A DNA stretch of 64,000 nt from Squalus acanthias (taxonomy: Eukaryota): assembly GCA_030390025.1 (NCBI GenBank), contig CM059432.1:17052001-17116000 (forward strand), written 5' to 3'. The notes beneath the pieces are model-generated. The model saw only the letters and a list, made by a program, of their open reading frames with translations, had not been told where the DNA came from and ran no database searches. Shown here piece by piece: positions 22,229 to 34,260 of the stretch. Each line of letters starts with the position of its first letter. The stretch's first letter is position 1. The position numbers and the translations under genes are program-made.

Positions 22229-22909
22229 CAACACCAGGTTATAGTCCAACAGTTTTATTTGAAATCACAAGCTTTCGGAGCTGCTGCTCCTTCGTCAGGT
22301 GAAGTGAAGAAATAGAAATCGGCACAGCATATATAGACAGAGAACAATGCCTGTGCAGAGTACAATGTCAGACGCCTACAGTTAATCTTTCTGACTGCCT
22401 TTTATCACACCTCGGCAGAGAGACAATCAGGTTAGTCAGGAAGACATTATATCAAAGACATAGCAAAATACAATTAAGACAATGAGGTGGGGTCACAGGG
22501 GGTCTAATGTGTCAGATGCTGCAGTCTGTATGGAAAACCATAAACTTTAAACTTTTTACTTTTTTTACTGGAAATCACATCTGTGAACAAGCCAACGACG
22601 ACTCGAGTCTGGATGACTCTACGTCAGGTGGGGTTACATGTAGCGTGACATGAACCCAAGATCCCGGTTGAGGCCGTCCTCATGGGTGCGGAACTTGGCT
22701 ATCAGTTTCTGCTCGATGATTTTGCGTTGTCGTGTGTCTCGAAGGCCGCCTTGGAGAACGCTTACGCGACCATGCAGACACTGCGACAACGTATGAACGG
22801 ACACCGCGTAACAATCGCCAGGCAGGATTGTTACCTCCCAGTCGGGGAACACTTCAGCAGTCAAGGACATTCAGCCTCGGATCTTCGGGTAAGCGTTCTC
22901 CAAGGCGGC
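22229..22909 (-). mobile_element. Penelope-like element fragment with an inverted 5' segment (22766-22909 on +)
   Basis: Minus: SVLQGGLRDTRQRKIIEQKLIAKFRTHEDGLNRD. Plus: TMQTLRQRMNGHR...PVGEHFS...LRVSVLQGG (GIY-YIG). 21-bp inverted duplication at 22745-22765 / 22889-22909. Confidence 0.85.
22265..22302 (-). ncRNA. Minimal type I hammerhead ribozyme motif (PLE-associated)
   Basis: Minus strand UCAC-CUGACGA-A-GGAGC-AGCA-GCUCC-GAAA-GC-UU-GUGA. Confidence 0.82.
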
Positions 22910-22913
22910 ATCT

Positions 22914-23280
22914 GAACATAGGAACAGGAGTAGGCCATGTAGCCCCTCGAGCCTGTTCCGCCATTCAATGAGATCATGGCTGATCTGCGACGCAACTCCA
23001 TGTACCTGCCTTTGGCCCATATCCCTTAATACCTGCAGTTAACAAAAAGCTATCAATCTCCAATTTAAAGTTAACAATTGATCTAGCATCAATTGCCGTT
23101 TGCGTAAGAGAGTTCCAAACTTCTACCAGCCCTTTGTGTGTAGAAGTGTTTCCTAATTTCACTCCTGAACGGTCTGGCTCTAATTTTTGGACTATGTCTG
23201 CCCGCTTAGTCCTAGAATCCCCAACCAGTTTCTCTCTATCTATCTACCCTATCAGTTCCCTTTAACAGCTTGAAAAGTTC
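22914..23280 (-). mobile_element. CR1 3' fragment
   Basis: VEVWNSL...FKLEIDSFL...GIKGYG and a CR1 3'UTR hairpin/tail like the other CR1 copies here. Confidence 0.8.
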
Positions 23281-23379
23281 GATTTTTTTTTGTGTGTGTG
23301 TATGTGTGTGGAGACATTAGTGGTGAAGACTATTTTGCTTTTCAAACCATGCTCTGCTGCACTGGAGGCAGGAAAGATG

Positions 23380-23933
23380 CCGGTTGCTGCCCAGTGTTGG
23401 CCTTGACAACCGATCCAGTTGCGACTCTCTCTCTCTCTCTCCGCACCGCCGTTGAAGGAGCGCGCGCACACGCACACGCACGTCGCTCCCAGTTTGAATC
23501 GGCCTCTCGCGCGCGAGCCGGCAGGGGCGGGCGAGAGCGCGCGCGTGCGTGCGGGGAACGTTGCCGCGCAGGGAAGTGCGGCGGGCGCGAGCCGCTGAGA
23601 GTGTGGAGAAGGTGAGGGAAGAGGAGGAGGAGAAGACGTGGCGAATCAAGATCGAGAGAAGCGGGATTTGTCCACCAAGGAAATAAATAGGAAGGGAGAA
23701 AAAAAAAAATCAAACAGGGGAATTTTTGTGTGTAGAAAATCATGTGATCACAGTTGCCCAACACTTTCCGATGGAGAGTCGGGGAAAGCCGCCAGTCAGC
23801 TGTTGGACAAAGTTGTGTGTTCTCAGTGTTAAACCGGGTCAGTGCAGTTCGTTCAGCGACATGGTGCTATTTTCCTGATTTTTAAACTCGCTTTTGGGAC
23901 CCATACATGGCCATTCACAACTATTAAGATATC
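23380..23933 (+). promoter_or_regulatory. CpG island: likely DENND3 promoter and non-coding first exon
   Basis: Non-repetitive CpG-dense stretch (GCGCGC runs, GGGGCGGG GC box) followed by a GTAAGT donor at 23934. Assignment to DENND3 is inferred from position and orientation. Confidence 0.6.
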
Positions 23934-24743
23934 GTAAGTATTTAATTGGGTTTATTACCTGCACATACTTCCATGCTCTTCACATTTCAGATTGTTGATG
24001 TTGCATGCCGCATTTTGATTTGAGATTTCTTTTGAGTTGCTCTGTGGGGCACAGCTTGGCTCCCCATCTCATTTCCTGTTTCGCCAAGTCTTGGGCTTTA
24101 ATCTTTTCTGGGACTCGACCCCAGCAAGAGAGTTTCAAACTTGTTCTGAGGCATTCATTTCTGGGAAGGAAATTAACTCCAAAAAAAATTACAGGCTTTT
24201 TTTTAACTGCAGATTGTTTGGCATCTGTATTTTCAAACTGTGCTGTGTAAGATGCAAGGATATTTGTGTGTGTTTCCTGAAGTGAGTAAATGAAGTAAGA
24301 AAAGTGAGTCTTGTTTCCTGTGGCATTGCTGACTTTGAGTCAGAGGATATGCTGTTTTATAACAATAGGGGTGTTATGCTGGTAGGACATAATCAGAGTC
24401 ACTGCTTTATAGTGACTGAATAAGTCAAATTCTACTTTTTATTATGTGCTTTTTTGCCTTTTTTTTTTACTGCAATCCTGTCCCTTATTTTTACATTGCA
24501 CAGAATATATATCACAGAAGCAAGCCATTCGGCCCAACTAGTCAGTGCTGGTGTTTATACACCAAACGAGTATCCTTCCATTCCATCTAACTTTTCTCCG
24601 TCTTTCAGCATCATGTATTCATCTAGTTTCCTTTTGAAAGCATCTAAGCTGTTTGCCTCAATCACTTCCTTTGGTAGCCCGTTCCACATTCTAACCACTC
24701 TCTGAATAAAGACATTTCTCCTTATTTCCCGATAAGATTTTTA

Positions 24744-25213
24744 AAAGAAAGAAAGACTTGCATTTATATCGTGCCTTTCATGACCTCAGGACGTCCCAAA
24801 GCGCTTTACAGCCACTGAAGTACTTTTGGAGTGGAGTCACTGTTGTAATGTAGGATACGCAGCAGCCAATTTGCGCACAGCAAGCTCCCACAAACAGCAA
24901 CGTGATAATGACCAGATAATCTGTTTTTGTTATGTTGATTGAGGGATAAATATTGGCCAGGACACCGGGGATAACTCCCCTGCTCTTCTTTGAAATAGTG
25001 CCATGGGCTCTTCTGTGTCCATTTGAGAGAGCAGACGGGGCCTCGGTTTAACGTCTCATCCGAAAGGTGGCACCTCCGACAGTGCCGCACTCCCTCAACA
25101 CTGCACTGGAGTGTCAGCCTAGCTTTATGTGCTCAAGTCCCTGGAGTGGGACTTGAACCCACAATCTTCTGACTCCGAGGCGAGTGTGCTACCCACTGAG
25201 CCACAGCTGACAC
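24744..25213 (-). mobile_element. tRNA-headed SINE with Deu-domain-like core (DeuSINE/SacSINE1-like), full length
   Basis: Minus strand: A box TGGCTCAGTGG, B box GGTTCAAGTCC, core TTCGGATGAGACGTTAAACCGAGGCCCCGTCTGCTCTCTC..., L2-like tail and (TTTC)n. Multiple copies in the window. Confidence 0.8.
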
Positions 25214-25229
25214 TTAATGGTGCCATGGG

Positions 25230-26860
25230 ATCACGTCCTATATGACTGTGACGAAGATAAATTGTCACTCGTCCTTGACCTGTCTGCAGCCTTTGACATG
25301 GTTGACCACACCATCCTCTTCCAACGCCTCTCCACCGTCGTCCAGCTGGAAGGAACTGTACTCGCCTGTTTCCATTCTTATCTATCTTATCTATGACGGG
25401 AACGGTAGCATAGTGGTTATGTTACTGGACTAGTAAACCAGAGGCCTGGACTAATGATCCGGAGACATGAATTCAGATCCCACCATGGCAGCTGGGGAAT
25501 TTAAATTCAGTTAATTAAACAAATCTGGAATAAAAAGCTAGTATCAGTAATGAATGACCATGAAACTACCGGATTGTTGTAAAAACCCATCTGGTTCACT
25601 AATGTCCTTCAGGGAAGGAAATCTGCCGTCCTTACCCGGTCTGGCCTATATGTGACTCCAGACCCACAGCAATGTGGTTGACTCTTAACTGCCATCTGCC
25701 ACTCAGTTGTATTCACCACCTTCGAGGGCAATTAGGGATGGCAATAAATGCTGGCCTTGCTGGTGACGTCCACATCCTGTGAATAAATAAAAAAAGTCAT
25801 AGCCAGAGAATCACCTGCAATGGCTTCTCTTCCCGCTCCCGCACCGTTACCTCTGGTATCCCCTAAAGATCTATCCTTGGGCCCCTTCCAATTTCTCATC
25901 TACATGTTGCCCCTCAGCAACATAGCATCAGTTTCCACGACACCCAGCTTTACCTCACCACCACCTCCTCTCTCAACTGTATCTAAATTGTCAGATTGCT
26001 TGTCTGACATCCAGTACTGGATAAGCAGAAATTTCATCCAACTAAACATTGGGCAGACTAAAGCCATTGACTTCAGGCCCGCCACAAACTCCGTTCCCTA
26101 GACACCGACTCCATCCATCTCCCTGGCAACTGTCTGAGGCCGAATCAGACTGTTCGCAACCTTGGTGTCATATTTGACCTCGAGGTGAACTTCCGACCAC
26201 ATATCCGCACCATCACTAAGACCACCTATTTCCACCTCCGTAACATCGCCCGACTCCGCCCCTGCCTCAGCTCATCTGCTACTGAAACCCTCATCTATGC
26301 CTTTGTTACCTCTAGACTTTACTATTCCAATGCACTCTTGGCCGGCCTCCCACGTTCTACCCTCTGTAAACTTGGTCATCCAAAGCTCTGCTGCCCGTGT
26401 CCTAACACCCATCACCACTGTGCTCGCTGACCTACATTGGCTCCTGGTTAAGCAACACCTTGATTTTTAAAATTCTCATCCTCATTTTCAAATCCTTCCA
26501 TGGTCTCGCCCCTCCCTATCGCTGTAATATCCTCCAGTCCTCTGAGATATCTGCGCTCCTCCAATTCTGGCCTCTTGCACATCCCCGATTTTAATCGCTC
26601 CATCATTGGCAGCTGTGCCTTCAGCTGTTGAGGCCCTAAGCTCTTTCCTCCTTTATGACCTACCTCTTTGACCAAGCTTTTGGTCATCTACCCTAATAGC
26701 TCCTTATGTGACCAGCGCCTTGGGACGTTTTACTACGTTGAAGGTGCTATAAAAATGTAAGTTGTTGTCGGTGTCAAATTTTGTTCGATTACGCTCCTGT
26801 GAAGCGCCTTGGGACATTTTACTACTTTAAAGGTGCTATATAAATGCATGTTGTTGTTGT
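25230..26860 (+). mobile_element. L2-clade LINE 3' fragment, decayed, interrupted by a SINE at 25398-25795
   Basis: LDLSAAFDMVDHTIL, HIRTITKTTYFHLRNIAR, AFVTSRL-Y-NALL, LHWL; tail GTGAAGCGCCTTGGGAC...TATAAATGCATGTTGTTG. Confidence 0.82.
25398..25795 (+). mobile_element. Bipartite tRNA-headed SINE made of the 5' ~310 nt and the 3' ~85 nt of the LINE at 42977-47153
   Basis: GGGAACGGTAGCATAGTGG head; body matches the reverse complement of ~46865-47153; tail GGGCAATTAGGGATGGCAATAAATGCTGGCCTTGC...AATAAAAAAA matches the LINE 3' end. Confidence 0.85.
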
Positions 26861-28327
26861 CTCTTGTCCGTGCCTTCAGACAAAACAGTCTTTCCCAAGG
26901 CAGTTTGAAGCAATACAAGCCCATGATGCCTTTTGAACTTGGTCAAGTTTAACCATAGTTCAGCATGCTTTCTGATTTCGGTCAAGTTCCCATTGTCCTT
27001 TGCTCCAGTGGTGTGTCGATACAGATGATCCGTTCCTTGGGCTATCGATCCCAAATTAGTCTCACTGTAATTTTGTCCGAATTGTGTTGACTGCACGAGT
27101 TATCTTTCATTTGCTGTTCATACTTTTAATCCATCTTGCTCTTTTACCAAGTCCATTCTTGAAAAGTCCAAATTCTTCACAGCCGAGTTTAATTGACAAT
27201 TGCATTTTATAAAAAGGGTCACTGGATAGTAGTTAATGTGAATCTTATCTTTCTTGCTATATATATCCCCACAAGGGTCAAAAGAGGAAAAAAAAAACAA
27301 ATGCACTAAATTGCCAGCTTTTTCCTAAAACTTGGGGTTTGAATTCTGTTGAGATGCTGGTGATGCCAATATTAGAATATTTTCTCTTGTTCGAAGGAAT
27401 GGCAAGCAAAGGTTATTTGTGTGTGTCAGTTTTTGATAGCCCTATTATATGACAGAACTGCTTTCAGTGGCAACAAGAAAGAATTGCATACACAAATTGC
27501 ATGCACAGTTTTTCCAATCATGAGTGCAGCTTTACTGCTACAGTTCCTGTGAGATTCATGCATGCGCAGTTCGTGTAAAATTATATTCGTGACTTTGCCA
27601 GCAAAGCCAGACCTTCCTGAATGTTGGGGTAAGGTCAGTATAAGCATGTATGGGTGGTCTTGGTGCGTAGGCCCACAATGGCGTACCTGAGTTGTGTGGC
27701 GACTGTTTGTTTGCGGTGGCAGTTTGGATTGAAGGCAGCAAGGCAAAGCCCCATTTCAGAAGGTTTGCATTGTTTCGAAAGGAAAGAGTGTCAAGTTGTT
27801 GAATGCTCAAGGGTTGTTGCCAGTGAATTGATGGAGCATTATTTTAGCTTGTACTGAGCTTTTAATCCGCTATCAATATGTCCTTCAGATTTTGACTATA
27901 TATAGTACAACCTTGTTTTCTTTATTACTGGATCGGTAGGTGGGTCAATGCAGCAATTCTTCATTTCAATTGGATCATCCACTCCTCCGATATAGCAAAA
28001 GCACTTGCCCTTCAAATTGGTCTGACCAATGTGAATCTTTCTGCTGTAGATAATTTCTAGTTAAATATACTGTTTTAGGTCAACATGTATCTCATATGAC
28101 TTTAATTGAAAACGTGTGAGATGTTTTGAACAACAGAGAAACCATAGAGGCTTGCAGTACAGAGAAAGGTCATTTGGTCGGTTGTGTTATTGCCAACTTG
28201 TTGCTAGAGCAGTCCAAACTTAATCCTTGACCTGCTGTATCCCCATAGCTCTGTTTATCCTCTGCTTCAAATGTTAGTCCACTTTTACTTTAAAAGATGC
28301 AATAATCTTTGCCTCAACAACTTCATG

Positions 28328-28793
28328 AAAGAAAGACTTGCATTTATATAGCGCCTTTCACGACCACCGGACATCTCAAAGCGCTTTATAGCCAATTAAG
28401 TACTTTTGAAGTGGAGTCACTGTTGTAATGTGGGAAACATGGCAGCCAATTTGTGCACAGCAAGCTCCCACAAACAGCAATGTGATAATGACCAGATAAT
28501 CTGTTTTTGTTATGTTGGTTGAGGGATAAGTATTGGTCAGGACACCGGGGATAACTCCCCTGCTCTTCTTCGAAATAGTGCCATGGGATCTTTTACGTCC
28601 ACCTGAGAGAGCAGACGGGGCCTCGGTTTAACATCTCATCCGAAAGACGGCACCTCTGACAGTGCAGCACTCCCTCAGCACTGCACTGGAGTGTCAATCT
28701 AGCTTTATGTGCTCAAGTCCCTGGAGTGGGGCTTGAACCCACAAACTTTTGACTCAGAGGCGAGTGTGCTACCAACTGAGCCACAGCTGACAC
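28328..28793 (-). mobile_element. DeuSINE-like SINE copy
   Basis: Closely similar to 24744-25213. Confidence 0.85.
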
Positions 28794-28889
28794 TGTTTTA
28801 TATCATGTGGTAAAGCATTGCCTGCGCTAACAACTTTGTACAAAGATTACTCCAAGTTGTTCTCCTCACTCTCTTAAGTGACTATTTAA

Positions 28890-30237
28890 TAGTGGGTAAG
28901 CTTTTAGAAATGATAATCAGGGACAAAGTTAATAGTCACTTGGACAAGTGTGGATTAATTAAGGAAAGCCAGCATGGATTTGTTAAAGGTAAATCGTATT
29001 TAACTAACTTGATCGAGTTTTTTGATGAGGTAACAAAGAAGGTTGATGAGGGCAATGCGGTTGACATGGTGTATATAGATTTCCAAAAGGCGTTTGATAA
29101 AGTATCACATAATAGGCTTGCCAGCAAAGTTGAATGATGCGGAGTTGAAGCCCATGGAATGAAAGGGACAGTGGCAGCATGGATACGAAATTGGCTAAGT
29201 GACAGGAAACAGAGAGTAGTGGCGAACGGTTGTTTTTCAGACTGGAGGAAGGTATACAGTAGTGTTCCCCAGGGTTCGGTTCTAGGACCACAGCTTTTCT
29301 TGATATATTAATGACTTGGACTTGGGAGTACAGGGTACAATTTAAAAAATTGCAGATGACGCAAAACTTGGAAGTATAGTGAACAGTGATAGACATCAAG
29401 AAGACATAGACAGGCTGGTGAAATGGGCGGACACGTGGCAGATGAAATTTAAGGCAGAAAAATATGAAGTGATACATTTTGGTAGGAAGAATGAGGAGAG
29501 GCAAAAGGGTACAATCCTAAAGGGGGTGCATGAACAGAGAGACCTGGGGGTATATGTGTACAAATCATTGAAGGTGGCAGGGCAGGTTGAGAAAGCGGTT
29601 AAAGCATACGGGATACTGGGCTTCATAAATAGAGGCATAGAGCACAAAAGCAAGTAAGTAATGATGCACTTTTATAAAACACTGGTTCGGCCTCAACTGG
29701 AGTATTGTGTCCAATTCTGAGCATCGCACTTTAGGAAGGATGTGAAGGCCTTAGAGAAGGTCCAGAAAAGATTTACGAGAATGATTCCAGGGATGAGGGA
29801 CTTCAGTTACGTGAACAGACTAGAGAAGCTGGGGTTATTTTCCTTGGAGCAGAGAAGGTTGAGAGGAGATTTGATAGAGGTATTCAAAATTATGAGGGGT
29901 CTAGACAGAGTAGATAGAGAGAAACTGTTCCCAATAGCGGAAGAGTCGAGAACCAGAGGACACAGATTCAAGGTGATTGGCAAAAGAACCAAAGGCGACA
30001 TGAGGAAAAACTTTTTTTTACTCAGCGAGTGGTTAGGATCTGGAATGCACTGCCTGAAAGGGTGGTGGAGGCAGACTCAATCGTGGCTTTCAAAAGGGAA
30101 TTGGATAAGTACCTGAAGAAAAAAAAATTGCAGGGCGATAGGGAAAGGGCGGGGGAGCAAGACTAGCAGAAAGCCGGCACGGGCTCGATGGGCCGAATGG
30201 CCTCCTTCTGTGCTGTAACCATTCTATGATTCCATGT
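28890..30237 (+). mobile_element. CR1 3' fragment (RT to tail)
   Basis: QHGFVKGKSYLTNL, IDFQKAFD, LFSLEQRRLRGDL; tail ATTCTATGATTCCATG. Confidence 0.9.
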
Positions 30238-31245
30238 ACGTCCTGTACACGGGGTACTTTTTGACTCATATGGTAAAGAAGCAGTAGGGGGGTAGATGAA
30301 TCTGGCTTTGTGCATGTCTTGAAACAAAGCAGTACAACATAATTGAGTGGTATCAGACTCATCGATAAAGAGACCACAACAAAAACTCGTTTTATGAAGG
30401 CACAATTTGGGGGAATGAGGAAGCAATTGATGGAGCTGGACTGGAATAGACTGATGCGCAAAAGTGGTATACTTTTAAATGCACATTGCAGGAATTACAA
30501 ATTTAATTTAGATCAGGTGAGAAATACAATAGGAATTTGAGCAAACCTATCTGGGCAACAAAGGAAGTAATAGAGAGTAAGGACAAAAAAAAAAGGAAAT
30601 GGCTGAATAAACTGGTTTCATTCTGGCTGGAACCTTTATAAAATCATGAGAATCAGGAGTGTACCAAAGGATTGGAGAGAATGAAATATAACACCTATCT
30701 TTAAAAAAAAAGGGCAAAAGGGCTGCCCTAGAAATTACAAGCAAGTGAACCTGACATCCATCATGGGTACAACGTTAGAGGCTATCCTGAAGAAGCGTTC
30801 CACAAAACTCCATGGTGAAGCTTGAAGTCATTAACCCAAGTCAGCATGGCTTTACAGGGGCAGGCGAAGATCATGCTTGAATTCTTTGAGGAAATATCAC
30901 AATTTGTTGATAAAGGGAGCTCTGGGAATTTTTAAATCTAGACTTCAGCAACATTTGCGATTCAGTATCACACTGGAAGTTGGTCTATAAAGGTAGAGAA
31001 GCATGCAATAGGTTGGCAATTATTGAAGTGGATTAGCAACTGGCTCCATCAAAAAAGACAAAGGATGGTCGTGCATGGAGCTGCGTCTTAGGCGTGCTAC
31101 CGGAGTGCGCTACGGATTAGTTCTGAACCTTGCCTATTCATTTTTATACTATATTTGGAAGTGGGGATGGGGGGAAAAAAACTGTCAGAATTTGCCAATG
31201 ACACCAAGGTGGGGGACAGGAGATCCATCAGTATATAATACTTTG

Positions 31246-31503
31246 GAAAGAAAGAACTTGCATTTATATAGCACCTTTCACGACCTCAGGACTTCCCAAA
31301 GCACTTTACAGGCAATGAAGTACTTTTGAAGTGTAGTCACTGTTGTAATGTAGGAAACGTGACAGCCAATTTGTGCACAGCAGGGCCCCACAGACAGCAA
31401 TGTGATAATGACCAGATAATCTGTTTTAGTGATGTTGGTTGAGGGATAAATATTGGCCAGGACACCGGGTAGAACATCCCTGCTCTTCTGAGAAATAGCG
31501 CCA
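31246..31503 (-). mobile_element. 5'-truncated DeuSINE-like copy
   Basis: Matches the 3' half of 24744-25213. Confidence 0.8.
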
Positions 31504-31719
31504 TTTGAATTGGTGCACATTTGTTGCTTCAAGCCTCAACTACTTCTTGGTGGTCTGCTATCTTCCAAAATTTAAAGTACTGCACATAGAAAGGAAAAAC
31601 AAGCAGCATGTGTAGTCCATGAATGGTGTTGAAATAGCCAAGAATTAAGTTGAAAGTGAACTAGGCATCTTGATAGACTCGACACTCAACACATCATAGC
31701 AATGCAGAGCAGCAATCAA

Positions 31720-32011
31720 CCTTGAGGAGGTGATGGTGGGTCTTCCTCTTGAATCATTGCAGTCCATGTGGTATTGTAGCAGTTTTTTTTTATACACTTC
31801 AGAGGGCAGTTAATAGTCAACCACATTGGTCACATATAGGCCAGGCCGAGTAAGAACCGCAGGTTTCCCTCCCTAAAGGACATTAGTGAACCAGTTTTGT
31901 TTTTACAACAGTCCAACAGCTTTCATTGCCACTTTTACTGATGACCAGCTTCTTGATTTCCAGATTTTTAAAAACTGAATTTAAATTATCAAACTGCCAT
32001 GATGGGATCTG
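31720..32011 (-). mobile_element. Diverged bipartite derivative of the tRNA-headed LINE, with a different deletion junction
   Basis: CAGAGGGCAGTTAA...CCCTAAAGGACATTAGTGA...CTGAATTTAAATT matches the 5' body; TTGAATCATTGCAGTCCATGTGGT matches the LINE 3' end near 43077. Confidence 0.65.
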
Positions 32012-32649
32012 TACGTCACCAAATTTTTTTAAGGTTAATCTTACACATACAAATTAACTTCAACATAAAAGTAGGGAGTTTGTCAAACAGTGACGAACAA
32101 TGTAAAAGACTTCAAGAACATGTAGAACGGTTAAAGGAATGGAGGTGGCAATGTGGAGAAGGGTGAGATAATGTATTCTGGAAGGAAAAATGAGGGATGT
32201 CAATATATACTCGATAGAAAGATGCTGAAGGGTGTGGTTGAACAGAAACACCTAGTGGTTCCAAAACCCTGAAACTTCAAGAGCAGGTAGATTAAGCCAT
32301 CAAAATGGCCAAGGGCATTTGGATTTTTGGAAAAAGGAGGATAGAATACAAAAGCAACAGAATTGAGAAATTTGTCAACAGGCAATGGTTAAGCCACAGT
32401 TAGAATCTGTGTACAGTTTTGGGCACCCTATTATAGAAGGGACGCTAAAGCCACAGTAGGTGCAAAGTTGATTCACCAGGATGATGCCTAGGATAAGAAA
32501 CTATAGTTAGAAGAGGAGATTTGAGATACTGGCACTGCAGCAGAGAAGAATAAAATGAAATTTAATAAGAGGATTTGAAAATTTTGAAGGACTTTGATGG
32601 GGTGAATAAGACGACTATTTTGTCTGTTTGGGGACTCAATGACAAGGAA

Positions 32650-34260
32650 TTTAAACTGACTGGCCTGTAGTTGCTGGGTTTATCCTTACACCCTTTTTTG
32701 AACAAGGGTATAACATTTGCAATTCTCCTGTCCTCTGGCACCACCCCCGTATCTAAGGAGTATTGGAAGATTATGGCCAGTGCCTCTGCCATTTCTTCCT
32801 TAACCTCCCTCAGCATCCTAGGATGCATCCCATCCGGTCCTGGTGACTTATCAACTTTAAGTAAAGCCAGCCTTTCGAGTACCTCCTCTATCAATTTTTA
32901 TCTCATCCAGTGTCTCTATTACCTCCTCTTTCACTATGACTTTGGCAGCATCTTCTTCCTTGGTGAAGACAGATGTAAAGTACTCATTTAGTACCTCAGC
33001 CATGCCCCCTGCCTCTCCTTTTTGGTCCCTAATTGGCACCACCCCTCCTTTTACTACCCGTTTATTATTTATATGCTTATAGAAGACTTTTGAATTCCCT
33101 TTATGTTAGCTGTCAATCTATTCTCCTACTCTCTCTTTGTCCCTCTTATTTTCTTTTTCACTTCCCCTCTCAACTTTCTATATTCAGCCTGATTTTCACT
33201 TGTATTCTCAACCTGACACCTGTCATACGCACTCTTTTTCTGCTTCATCTGACTCTCTATCTCTTTCGTCATCCAGGGAGCTCTGGTTTCAGTTGCCCTA
33301 CCTTTCCCCCTCGTGGGAATGTACCTCGACTGTACCCGAACCATCTCCTCTTTAAAGGCAGCCCATTGTTCGATTACAGTTTTGCCTGCCAATCTTTGAT
33401 TCCAATTTACCCGGGCCAGATCCATTCTCAACCCACTGAAATTTGCCTTCCTCCAATTAAGTATTTTTACTCTAGATTGCTCCCTGTCCTTTTCCATAGC
33501 TAATCTAAACCTGATGATACTATGATCACTGTTCCCTAAAAGTTCCCCTACTGACATTTGCTCCACTTGACCTACTTCATTTTCCAGAACCAGATCCGGC
33601 AATGCCTCCTTCCTCGGGCCGGAAACGTACTGATTGAGAAAGTTCTCCTGAACACACTTCGGAAATTCTTCCCCCTCTCTGCCCTTTACACTATTGCTAT
33701 CCCAGTCTATATTAGGATAATTGAAGTCCTCCATTATCACTACTCTATAGTTCTTGCACCTCTCTGTAATTTCCCTGCAAATTTGCTCCTGTATATCTTT
33801 CCCACTAGTTGGTGGCCTATAGAATACACCTAGTAATGTAATGGCATCTCCATTATTTCTTAACTCTAACCAAATAGATTCTGTCCTTGACCCCTCCAGG
33901 ACATCCTCTCTCTCCAGCACTGTTACATTCTCTTTAACCAATACTGCCACCCCACCTCCTTTCTTTCCTTCCCTATCTTTCCTGAACACCTTATATCCAG
34001 GAATATTTAAAACCCAATCCTGCCCTTTTTTGAGCTAGGTCTCCGTTATCGCCACAACATCATATTCTCATGTGGCCATTTGCGCCTGCAGCTCGTCAAC
34101 CTTATTTACACACATGCATTGTAACCCTGTCTTAGACCACCTTGTATTTTCTCTTAGTCTGACCCTACCTTATACTGTACGATTTCTTACTCTAGTGCTT
34201 TCTGTCTCACCCCCATCCTTTGTGCACTTTGCTTCTCCTTTCTAATGCTACATCCTGGCG
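32650..34260 (-). mobile_element. CR1 fragment (endonuclease to early RT)
   Basis: ORF 33126-33989 (GGGVA, YRPP, DFN, SDH) and 32562-32894 ([14 protein letters not shown]). Confidence 0.88.

Larger units (their letters stand above)
30620..32640 (+). mobile_element. Old, highly decayed CR1 RT fragments interspersed with SINEs
   Basis: Degenerate matches to the CR1 copies nearby (e.g. CAGCATGGCTTTAC, TTCACCAGGATGATGCC); boundaries approximate. Confidence 0.55.
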
